Of a stretch of DNA of 64,000 bases, positions 19,770 to 28,420 are shown one piece after another. Source of the DNA: Candidatus Latescibacterota bacterium (lineage in GTDB: Bacteria; Latescibacterota; UBA2968); assembly GCA_965116885.1 (NCBI GenBank), contig OZ220741.1, positions 576,001-640,000 of the forward strand. The letters run 5' to 3'. Made by a program: the position numbers and the translations under genes. Position 1 is the stretch's first letter. The number at the start of each line of letters is the position of its first letter. The notes beneath the pieces were generated by a model. That model saw only the letters and a list, made by a program, of their open reading frames with translations, had not been told where the DNA came from and searched no databases.

Positions 19770-21311
19770 ATGGCAGACGCTATTGAAACACTGACGCGAA
19801 AAGACTTCGTATCCGACCAGGAAGTGCGCTGGTGCCCCGGTTGTGGCGATTACGCCATCCTCGCACAGATGCAGCGCGTGTTGCCCGAAATGGGCATTGC
19901 GCGAGAAGATATGGTCTTTATATCGGGCATCGGTTGCTCCAGCCGCTTCCCCTATTACATGAACACGTACGGTCTGCACACCATTCACGGTCGTGCGGCA
20001 ACCGTGGCGACTGGCCTCAAAGTGGCCAATCCCGACCTCCACGTATGGGTAATAACCGGCGATGGCGACAGCCTATCCATTGGCGGCAATCACCTGTTGC
20101 ATGTGCTGCGTCGCAATGTCGATCTCAACATCATACTCTTCAACAATGCGATCTACGGCCTCACCAAAGGACAATACTCACCCACATCGCCACCGGGCAC
20201 GCGCACCTATTCGTCGCCCATGGGCTCTGTGGAACAGGACTTCAATGCCATCTCCGTTGCCCTGGCAGCCGAAGCCACCTTTGTCGCCCGCAGTGTTGAC
20301 CGCAACACCAAGCACATGGCCGAGATTCTCAAACGCGCCACAGAACATCGGGGCACATCCTTTGTCGAAATTTACCAGAACTGCAACATCTACAACGACG
20401 GTGCCTGGTTTTTTGCCACCGAGGCAGATGTCAAAGACGATCAAACCGTGATCCTCGAACACGGCCAACCCATCATTTTTGGCAAAGACCGCGACAAAGG
20501 CATCCGCGTCAATGGACTCGCGCCCGAAGTCGTCACCCTGGGCAATGGCGTTTCGGAAAGTGACTTGCTCACACACGACGAAACCCTGGACAATCCAGCC
20601 CATGCGTATTTGCTCAGCCGCCTCACACATCCGGAATATCCCGTACCATTCGGCGTATTTCGCTGTGTCGAACGTCCAATTTACGAAGAGCAAATCATCG
20701 CACAGGGCCGCCAGGCAGTTGAAGACCGCGGCGCAGGCGACCTCAATGCACTGTATCACGCGGCAGACACCTGGATTGTTCCCGAAGGTCCCGACGCCGA
20801 AACCGTGCAAGAAGTCCACGAAGAATTGCCCACATCAAATATCATTCCCGATATCGATCAAGAAGACCCCATGGCACCGCGCACCGCGCTTCAGCAACTG
20901 CTCTACGATCCGATCTCATCGCTCGATCTGCCAGCACCCGAATGCGTATCCGCCGAGACCTCGGTAGCCGATGCCGTCGAGATCATGCGCAGCAAAAATC
21001 TGGGATGTTTGCTGGTCGTTAACAAACAGGGCTTGTTGCGCGGCATATTCGCACAGGGCGATCTCTTTGAAAAAGTTGCCGGGCGCGATATAGACCTGAC
21101 AAAAATAACGGTCGATAGCCTGATGACCAAAGATCCCACTGCATTGAAAACATCTGATCCCATCGGTCATCTCCTGCACCTGATGTCTCTGCACGGCTTC
21201 CGCCACATACCCATTGTAGATCCCGATGGGCGTCCCGTGGGCCTGGCATCCTTCAAAGTCATGCTCAAGTTCACCGGCGGCCTCTTCTCAGAAGACATAT
21301 CCCCCAACTAA
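19770..21311 (+). CDS. korB: 2-oxoacid:ferredoxin oxidoreductase beta subunit fused to a C-terminal CBS pair
   Basis: WCPGCGD, SGIGCSSR, HGRA, GDGD..IGGNH, YGLTKGQ; after an acidic linker, CBS motifs LLRGIF, LMTKDP, FRHIPIVD. Confidence 0.9.
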   Translation: MADAIETLTRKDFVSDQEVRWCPGCGDYAILAQMQRVLPEMGIAREDMVFISGIGCSSRFPYYMNTYGLHTIHGRAATVATGLKVANPDLHVWVITGDGDSLSIGGNHLLHVLRRNVDLNIILFNNAIYGLTKGQYSPTSPPGTRTYSSPMGSVEQDFNAISVALAAEATFVARSVDRNTKHMAEILKRATEHRGTSFVEIYQNCNIYNDGAWFFATEADVKDDQTVILEHGQPIIFGKDRDKGIRVNGLAPEVVTLGNGVSESDLLTHDETLDNPAHAYLLSRLTHPEYPVPFGVFRCVERPIYEEQIIAQGRQAVEDRGAGDLNALYHAADTWIVPEGPDAETVQEVHEELPTSNIIPDIDQEDPMAPRTALQQLLYDPISSLDLPAPECVSAETSVADAVEIMRSKNLGCLLVVNKQGLLRGIFAQGDLFEKVAGRDIDLTKITVDSLMTKDPTALKTSDPIGHLLHLMSLHGFRHIPIVDPDGRPVGLASFKVMLKFTGGLFSEDISPN

Positions 21312-21332
21312 CGCGCGTCAACATCACAGCGC

Positions 21333-21369
21333 AAAAAGAGTCCGCAAGCACCTCGCGGACTCTTTTTTT
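21333..21369 (+). terminator. intrinsic terminator
   Basis: AAAAAGAGTCCGC-aagcacctc-GCGGACTCTTTTTTT. Confidence 0.85.
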
Positions 21370-21386
21370 ATGAAGGAGAGCACGTC

Positions 21387-22194
21387 GTGAGCACCGCTGC
21401 CGAACGCGACTATCTGTACAAATGACGAGGAACTGCGCCGCCTGCAAGCACAACACAATACATGGCGGGCCGAGACCACAGACTTGTGGGACCGCGTCGG
21501 TTTTCGCGCTGGGCAAACGATTCTCGACCTCGGTTGTGGCCCTGGCTCTACGAGTTTAGAACTGGGCGAGCGCGTGGGCGCGGGTGGGCGCGTTCTGGCC
21601 GTGGATGGATCAAAAAAATTCGCAGATATACTCCGACACCGCGCTACATCAGCCAGTATGACGCAAATCGAGGTCGTCGTAGCGGATGTCCGCACCCTTG
21701 ACCTGCCAGCCGCTTCTATAGACGCTGCGTTCGCTCGTTGGCTACTCTGCTTCATAGAAGAGCCACAAAAAGTAATTGAGCAGGTGGCCCGTACGCTTAA
21801 AAAGGGCGGACGCCTGCTCGTTATGGATTACTGCGCTTATGGCGCATTTGTCGCCCAGATCGAATATCCCCACTTGCGGCGCGTGCTGCAGGCGGTACAC
21901 AGGAGCTTCGGCGACGGGCTCGAAATCGGCGATAAGCTACCGCAACTCCTGGAACGTTGTGGCCTGGCGGTCGTGGAGATCGTTCCTATCAGCGGCATTG
22001 CCCGCCCGGGCAACCGCATCTGGTGCTGGATAGAAGATTTCTTGCGCATGTATTTGCCCGAACTCGTGGCACGCGGCGCATTGCGCGAAGAAGATTGCGC
22101 GGCGCATTGGGAAGAATGGCAAACAAATGCCCGCGATCCACAAACCACTATTTCATCGCCATCAATGACCGGCGTAATTGGCGTCAAGGTCTAA
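21387..22194 (+). pseudogene. class I SAM-dependent methyltransferase with a frameshift near the 5' end
   Basis: RBS AAGGAG + GTG 21387 gives MSTAAERDYL then TAC AAA TGA; the +1 frame continues TNDEELRRLQAQH...LDLGCGPG...FARWLL to 22194. Confidence 0.7.
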
Positions 22195-22207
22195 GTTTGG
22201 AGGAAAA

Positions 22208-23182
22208 ATGAACGACATTCGCATTGGCATCATCGGCTCAGGCGGTATGGCGAGCCGCCACGCCCAGAGTTTCTCTCAAACAGACGGCTTTGAACTCATT
22301 GCCATTGCTGCGCGAAACACAGAAACCGGGCCAGCACTCGCCAACAAATACGCCGTAGATTACTTACCGACCTATCGGGACATACTCAAACGCGACGACA
22401 TCGACGCCATTGCGATATGCACCTACAACAATACCCACAGTGAAATCGCCCTTGCCGCGCTCGATGCAAACAAACACGTTTTTACCGAATATCCCGCAAC
22501 GCGCAATAGCGATGAAGCGCGGCAACTACTTTCCAGAATCGACCAGTCGTCCCACGTCCTCCGCGTGGGACACAACGAAGTACTCTCACCCTCTCACCGG
22601 GCACTAAAACGACAAACAGCCCAAACGGGAAATCTCATAACCGCACTATTCACCCGCCTCACCCCGGGCCGAGGTCAACGCCCTGAAATCCTCTTTAATA
22701 TTTCCATATCGGGTCCACCAGCCCTCTTTTTTGTCTATAACATCTATCCACTCGTCGATTGTTTTGGTCCCGCCACCTGGGTTGAAGCCGCTGCCCACTA
22801 TGAAAATCTGCGCCATGACAGCACCTATGATAGCTTTGCAAATTCCGTCACAGTCGGTTTTGAAAACGGCGGTATTGGGCAGTGGAACTGGACCGGTGGC
22901 ATTGAAATTTCTCAGGCCGAAGAATACCGTCACATCGTCATGACAGACGGGACGCTCATCAACAGAGGCGATGGCTGGCACCTATCGACAAAATCGGGCG
23001 AACGCGACCTGCCCGCAGCCGAACCATCGGACATCACAATCCAAACCCAATTCCTCAACGACATCCACAATGGCAACTGGCAAACCGACGCCCGCACGGC
23101 CCTCAACGCCGCGCTGATCGGTCTCGCAGCCGAACGATCAATGCAAGAAAATCGCCGCATAACCCTATCAGAACTTCTGTAA
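22208..23182 (+). CDS. Gfo/Idh/MocA family oxidoreductase
   Basis: RBS GGAGG, IGIIGSGGM, KHVFTEYP. Confidence 0.85.
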   Translation: MNDIRIGIIGSGGMASRHAQSFSQTDGFELIAIAARNTETGPALANKYAVDYLPTYRDILKRDDIDAIAICTYNNTHSEIALAALDANKHVFTEYPATRNSDEARQLLSRIDQSSHVLRVGHNEVLSPSHRALKRQTAQTGNLITALFTRLTPGRGQRPEILFNISISGPPALFFVYNIYPLVDCFGPATWVEAAAHYENLRHDSTYDSFANSVTVGFENGGIGQWNWTGGIEISQAEEYRHIVMTDGTLINRGDGWHLSTKSGERDLPAAEPSDITIQTQFLNDIHNGNWQTDARTALNAALIGLAAERSMQENRRITLSELL

Positions 23183-23266
23183 AAGCACAAAATATGCGTG
23201 ACAGTTTGCGTTACTTCGCGTATCATAAAAGCCTAAATACCTTCTCCACAACTTTGAGAAAAAACA

Positions 23267-24133
23267 ATGACCCAAACCATTTCCTTACGCGACCTGGACT
23301 TCCAGTCCAAAGACATCGACATACAACGTGCAGCCGAGGCATTCAAAGCGCATGGCGCGATAGTCGTGCGGGGATTGCTCCGCGAATACATCGACGCGCT
23401 TAACCGCGACATCGAAGCCACAGCCACGCAATCTCTCGCCCTCCTCGATCAAGCCAGCGCAATACCCGAAGGATGGCGCACGCCCAACAACACCCTCTTC
23501 ATACCCGCGCCTGAAAATTACGAACGCGACCGACAAATCATGGTCCTGGGCATCAACTACAACACCAGCGCCACCTTCTTGCGCTCGGCATTTCACCCCC
23601 CCACCCTCGACATCGTCGAAGCCATCCTCGGCCCCAACATCGAAATCTACGGCAACGGGCAATGCCTCTACAAAGAACCCGTCGGAGGCCACCCCAAACA
23701 CCTGCATCAGGACTCGGCCTATTTCGAACACCGGTACGAAGGACCCGTTGGCATCCTCACCTACGTCGTCCCCACCGACCTCAACAACGGTGCCCTCCAC
23801 GTCGTCCCCGGCTCTCACAAACTGGGGCAACTCGACCACATCGACACCTTCTCGCACCTGGGACTCGCAGACCGCGAATGGCCCTGGGAGCGTGCCCTCC
23901 CAATACCCGGTCAACCCGGTGACGCCATCTTCTTCCACGTCAAAACCGTTCACGGCTCCAAACAGAACCACTCGAACAAACCCCGCCCCGTCTTCATACA
24001 CCGCTACCGCAGAGCAGATGACTATGTCGTCATACGCGGCACCACCACAAAAAACCGCGCAGAATCGTCAAAGCGTCCGGTGGAAATAAAAAAAGAAAAT
24101 GGATTTATGGTGCGCGGCTTTCGGCCATATTAA
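23267..24133 (+). CDS. phytanoyl-CoA dioxygenase (PhyH) family Fe(II)/2OG dioxygenase
   Basis: HQD...NGALHVVPGSH...PGDAIFFH...HGS..N...R. Confidence 0.88.
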   Translation: MTQTISLRDLDFQSKDIDIQRAAEAFKAHGAIVVRGLLREYIDALNRDIEATATQSLALLDQASAIPEGWRTPNNTLFIPAPENYERDRQIMVLGINYNTSATFLRSAFHPPTLDIVEAILGPNIEIYGNGQCLYKEPVGGHPKHLHQDSAYFEHRYEGPVGILTYVVPTDLNNGALHVVPGSHKLGQLDHIDTFSHLGLADREWPWERALPIPGQPGDAIFFHVKTVHGSKQNHSNKPRPVFIHRYRRADDYVVIRGTTTKNRAESSKRPVEIKKENGFMVRGFRPY

Positions 24134-24134
24134 A

Positions 24135-24161
24135 AAAGCGCGGGACATAATCCCACGCTTT
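24135..24161. terminator. probable intrinsic terminator
   Basis: AAAGCGCGGGA-cataa-TCCCACGCTTT. Confidence 0.55.
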
Positions 24162-24242
24162 ATCTTTCAAACAAAAGTCCCTTCACACCACACCCTTCCC
24201 CTCTTGTCTCTCGCCTTTCATCTGCGTTCATCTGCGGATAAA

Positions 24243-24343
24243 CATTAGCCTCCACCATCACCTCAACAGCCGCCAGATGCGCTGCAACGCGCACATCCAT
24301 CGGCTGTGCCGTCGGGCTTTCTGACGTCACCAAATGCCCGTAT
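24243..24343 (-). repeat. displaced copy of the 3' end of the M14 peptidase gene (direct repeat with 27694-27795)
   Basis: About 101 nt, 5 substitutions and 1 edge indel; encodes GHLVTSESPTAQPMDVRVAAHLAAVEVMVEAN. Confidence 0.95.
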
Positions 24344-24395
24344 TCCCACCCCGCGCTTCCGCTAATTCCTATCACGTTTACAAAACTTTTCGGAC

Positions 24396-24443
24396 TTGAC
24401 TTTATTGCTTAATCTATATATCGTCCATAGTCTATATATCGTC
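24396..24443 (+). promoter_or_regulatory. sigma70-like promoter overlapped by 13-bp direct repeats
   Basis: TTGACT-N17-TATCGT; TCTATATATCGTC at 24413-24425 and 24431-24443. Confidence 0.55.
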
Positions 24444-24537
24444 TTTTATAGAGTCTGCTTATGCACGCCCTTCATCTATATAGGGCCACCGCAAGTTTTA
24501 AAAGATTTTTCGTCATAGTAGATATAGAAACACATAC

Positions 24538-26505
24538 ATGCTGAGATTTGCTGAAGAAATACTACTGCTCCTCCACGACGAAGACCGGGGCGATTTCGCA
24601 CCCGGTCTTGCACAGCACGCGTTGAATATCGCTCTTGCCGGGGCCGTATTGATGGATTTGGCCCTGGAAAACCGCATCGATACCGATCTCGAGCATCTCT
24701 TTTTGGCTGATGCCACGCCTCTTGAAGACGACCTGCTCGATCCCACCCTTGCCGACATCGCACGCGATACGGACACACGAGACACCAACTATTGGCTCGC
24801 ACAAACGACCAAACGGGGCGACGAAATCCGCGATAAAGCACTTACGCGTTTGGTCAACCGGGGCATATTGGAAGCTGAGTCCGAAGATATCTTTCTCCTC
24901 TCTCGCCTGGTGTCGCGCTCCCGCCGCTATCCAACCATTGATGGAAAAACATTAGAAGAAGTCCGGTTGCGCATTATGCGCGTACTGTTCACCGATGAAA
25001 TTCCGGACCCACGCGACATCGTCATTATCTGTCTGGCGGATGCCTGCGGCGTTTTCAAGAATATTTTATCCCAGTCAGAACTATCGGAGGTACAAGAACG
25101 GATCGAACTGATTCGCAAAATGGACCTGATCGGCCAATCGGTTACCAAAGCGATCCGCGAGCATGAGCCTCCTACCCCTGTCCCTACTCCACGCAAAGAG
25201 ATACCTCAGGCACCGGGGTTGCCGCTTATTGGCAACACCATCGGCATGACGCGCGATTTGGGCTCGCTTCTCGTCAAACAATACCGAAACTTAGGTCCGA
25301 TTTTTCGCATCAAGGCATTCAATCGCCGTTTCGTCGTCCTCGTAGGTCCCGAGGCGAATACCTTCGTAAAGCGAGGGGGTAAGTACCTGCGCACGCTTGA
25401 AAACTGGGTGGATTACAACAAAGCTGGGGGCGTCGGACGTAGCATAATCAGCATGGATGGTCCCGACCATATTCGCCTGCGCAAAGAACTGGCGGATGTG
25501 TACACCCACCGCCTCATTGAAGGTCGTGTGGGAGACGCTGTCCACGTTCTTCAACAAGATATCGCCGGATGGCCCCAGGACAAGCCGCTGCCGGGCTTAT
25601 ACACCTGGCAGCGCATCGTCTTAGATCAGATCGGTGTACTGGCTCTCAGCATGCCTGTACACGACTACTTAGACGACATTATGATTTATTTTCAAAGCAA
25701 GATGAAAACCTATGTCATGCGGCAGCAACCCAGGCTGATGTTATATCGACCACGCGTCCGGCGTGCCTTCAAGCGAGTGGAAGAACTGGCTCAGCGCATT
25801 CTGGCAGATCACGAACCAGAAAAACGCCGCAACAAGCCACCGGATGCCATTGACCATTTGCTGGAACTGCACCGCAGGGATCCGCAATTTCTTCCCGAGA
25901 CCGATTTAGACATGTTGGGACCTCTCTCGGCCGGTCTCGATACCGTGGCAAATATCTGTGCCTTCATGTTCTACGAATTATTGAAGCGACCGGATCTGCG
26001 CGAGCAGGTAATTGCTGAAGCAGACGCCCTCTTTGATCAGGGTATGCCTACCGTGAACGATCTGCGTCAACTCGACGTCCTGCACCGCACGACAATGGAA
26101 ATAATACGCCTCTATCCCCTTGCGCCAGTAATGTCATTGCGCACAGTAGCCAACTCATTTGAATTTGAGGGCTATAAGGTCCCCGCTGGCGAGACCCTTC
26201 TGATTGGATTCACAATACCGCACCGGATGCCGGAATATTTCCCCAATCCGGAGCGCTTCGATATCGACCGCTACACCGCAGAACGCGCTGAGCACCGCCA
26301 GCACGGGGTCTATGTCCCCTTCGGCTTAGGAGCGCATCGGTGCCCAGGCAACAGGCTCGCCGAGGTGCTCATTGCGCTCAACATGGCGACCGTCCTCCGC
26401 GAAGCCGAATTGGTTCTCCATCCGCCCGATTGCGAATTGAAGACCAAACGAAGCTATGCCCTCCTACCCAACTACAAGTTCCGCCTGGTGCGTCGGCACC
26501 GATAG
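24538..26505 (+). CDS. GPP34/GOLPH3-like domain fused to cytochrome P450
   Basis: N-terminal FAEEILLLLHDE..G...LAGAVLMDLALENRI (GPP34-like); P450 motifs PGLPLIGN, AGLDT, EIIR, PERF, FGLGAHRCPG. Confidence 0.88.
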   Translation: MLRFAEEILLLLHDEDRGDFAPGLAQHALNIALAGAVLMDLALENRIDTDLEHLFLADATPLEDDLLDPTLADIARDTDTRDTNYWLAQTTKRGDEIRDKALTRLVNRGILEAESEDIFLLSRLVSRSRRYPTIDGKTLEEVRLRIMRVLFTDEIPDPRDIVIICLADACGVFKNILSQSELSEVQERIELIRKMDLIGQSVTKAIREHEPPTPVPTPRKEIPQAPGLPLIGNTIGMTRDLGSLLVKQYRNLGPIFRIKAFNRRFVVLVGPEANTFVKRGGKYLRTLENWVDYNKAGGVGRSIISMDGPDHIRLRKELADVYTHRLIEGRVGDAVHVLQQDIAGWPQDKPLPGLYTWQRIVLDQIGVLALSMPVHDYLDDIMIYFQSKMKTYVMRQQPRLMLYRPRVRRAFKRVEELAQRILADHEPEKRRNKPPDAIDHLLELHRRDPQFLPETDLDMLGPLSAGLDTVANICAFMFYELLKRPDLREQVIAEADALFDQGMPTVNDLRQLDVLHRTTMEIIRLYPLAPVMSLRTVANSFEFEGYKVPAGETLLIGFTIPHRMPEYFPNPERFDIDRYTAERAEHRQHGVYVPFGLGAHRCPGNRLAEVLIALNMATVLREAELVLHPPDCELKTKRSYALLPNYKFRLVRRHR

Positions 26506-26522
26506 CGAAATGGAGTGTCAAA

Positions 26523-27641
26523 ATGCCCACTAAGAAGCCACGCGCTCACCCAAATACGACCGCACCGTTGCGCGTTTGGGCGAAGCTACTCTGGGGCCAG
26601 GACGGGGTGAGGGTTGCGCCCCAGCACCGGGGACGAGTAAGGCGAATTCTCCTTGGCTCGGCCCTGATGGTACCGCTACGCTTGATCGAAAAGATGCGCT
26701 ACGGGCGCGCCGTAGCTCGGACGAAAATTGCGCATCCACCGATCTTTATCATCGGCCATGCCCGCTCGGGCACGACGCACTTGCACTATCTCCTGACGCG
26801 CGATCCGCAGTTCGCAATCGTCTCGTTGTTCCAATCCATCGCCCCGACATTCTTTCTGATCGGCCGTGGTTGGATCAAGCGTTTCATGGCCAAACAGCTC
26901 AAGCCAAAACGTCCGCAGGATGATGTCGAACTGGCGATGGACCTGCCGAATGAGGAGGAATTCGCGATTGCCAATTCCTCTGAGCTATCCAACGTTCACT
27001 TCCTTACATTCCCATCCAGGACGACGGAATACTTTGAAAAATATATCTTCATGAGGGGGCTGACTGAGCGGCAACAGGCGCGCTGGGATGCCGTCATCAC
27101 GGACATCATTAAAAAAGCCACCCTTGCGGGCGGTGGAAAACAGTTGGTACTCAAAAGCCCCTCCAACACCGGCCGAATTCCCCACCTCCTGCGCCTTTTC
27201 CCCAATGCCAGGTTCATTCATATCGCAAGAAATCCAGGCGATGTCTATTACTCGACAAACCATACATTAAGAAAGATGTTTGAGTTGTTCCTGCTGGAGG
27301 AGCATCCGGGCGATTTTTCGGATTTCGTCATCACCGAGTACAAGGCTCTAATGGAACAATACCTGAAAGACAGAGCTTTGATCCCAGAAGGCAATCTGGC
27401 GGAAGTGAAGTACGAGGACCTCGTAGCTGATCCACTGGGCGAAATGGAACGCATCTACGCGGCACTCGGATTGTCTGGTTGGGAAAGCGGAGGAAAGCAG
27501 GCTGTGGTCGAATACCTGAACACGCTTTCGGACTACCAAAAAAATACATTTGAACCGGACCCCGCCGCTATGGAGCGCGTCTCACGGGCCTGGCGATTTG
27601 CTTTCGAAGAATGGAATTATGAACTACCGGTGAAGCCATAG
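26523..27641 (+). CDS. PAPS-dependent sulfotransferase (Stf3-like)
   Basis: RBS GGAG + ATG 26523; PPIFIIGHARSGTTHLH, RPQD, PNEEE, LKSP, FPNARFIHIARNP, YEDLVADP. Confidence 0.88.
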   Translation: MPTKKPRAHPNTTAPLRVWAKLLWGQDGVRVAPQHRGRVRRILLGSALMVPLRLIEKMRYGRAVARTKIAHPPIFIIGHARSGTTHLHYLLTRDPQFAIVSLFQSIAPTFFLIGRGWIKRFMAKQLKPKRPQDDVELAMDLPNEEEFAIANSSELSNVHFLTFPSRTTEYFEKYIFMRGLTERQQARWDAVITDIIKKATLAGGGKQLVLKSPSNTGRIPHLLRLFPNARFIHIARNPGDVYYSTNHTLRKMFELFLLEEHPGDFSDFVITEYKALMEQYLKDRALIPEGNLAEVKYEDLVADPLGEMERIYAALGLSGWESGGKQAVVEYLNTLSDYQKNTFEPDPAAMERVSRAWRFAFEEWNYELPVKP

Positions 27642-27679
27642 ACTGGCCCAACCTATGTGCCAGTTTTAGATGAATTACT

Positions 27680-28420
27680 CTAAAAATCCCTCGCATTAGC
27701 CTCCACCATCACCTCAACAGCTACCAGATGCGCTGCAACGCGCACATCCATCGGTTGTGCAGTCGGGCTTTCTGACGTCACCAGATGACCCGTATGCCCT
27801 CTCTGATACAAAGCAATCGGTATGCCCTCCCCGTACTTCCGCCTCGACACCTCCATATTGGGATGAATCACCCCATTGACCGCAACCTCGCCCTCAATCT
27901 CGGCCTCTTTGTTAATCGGACACACCTGTGCCACCCGCTTCACCATCTCCCGTCCCAGGGATTCTCTGTCCCCAAACATCTCGTACAGATAAAACCCCGG
28001 ACTCTCCCAATCCTCGTGCAAATCGATCACACCCGCAAAAACCCGTCCTTCCACAAACCCCTTCAAAATCTCAATCTCGGGCACATCATCGCGCAAAAAC
28101 GCCCAATTCACATCCACCTCCTGTGCATTGAGCCGCGCATTGTGAACATAGCTCCACGGGCACAAACACGGAACAACCTCAAAACGCACCCGATCAGCCC
28201 AGCGTTCCCATCCCCCCTCCAAAAAAGCCAGCGCAGCCTCCACGCCAGCCGGTTCATCGCCGTGCGTCCCCCCATTGATATACACAACAGGTGTGTCTCC
28301 CTTGCCAGCAGACACGCGCAAAACCGGCAAACCTTCAACCTCCCCCAACTCGTACACATCAACACCAGACACAGCTTCCACGCGCTTAACAACAGCATCG
28401 TAATCCCGTTGACCCATCAC
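27680..28420 (-). CDS. M14 family metallocarboxypeptidase / succinylglutamate desuccinylase-like
   Basis: GTHGDEPAG (HxxE), IDLHED, TSESP. Confidence 0.85.
   Translation of the reverse strand: MMGQRDYDAVVKRVEAVSGVDVYELGEVEGLPVLRVSAGKGDTPVVYINGGTHGDEPAGVEAALAFLEGGWERWADRVRFEVVPCLCPWSYVHNARLNAQEVDVNWAFLRDDVPEIEILKGFVEGRVFAGVIDLHEDWESPGFYLYEMFGDRESLGREMVKRVAQVCPINKEAEIEGEVAVNGVIHPNMEVSRRKYGEGIPIALYQRGHTGHLVTSESPTAQPMDVRVAAHLVAVEVMVEANARDF

Noticed and set aside
24160..24375. 71-aa stand-alone gene
   Set aside because: It consists of the displaced M14 3' fragment plus a 9-mer repeat tract
24243..27795. Diversity-generating retroelement TR/VR pair
   Set aside because: Differences are not adenine-specific, are mostly synonymous, and no reverse transcriptase is in the window; the same applies to the 41761/42724 pair
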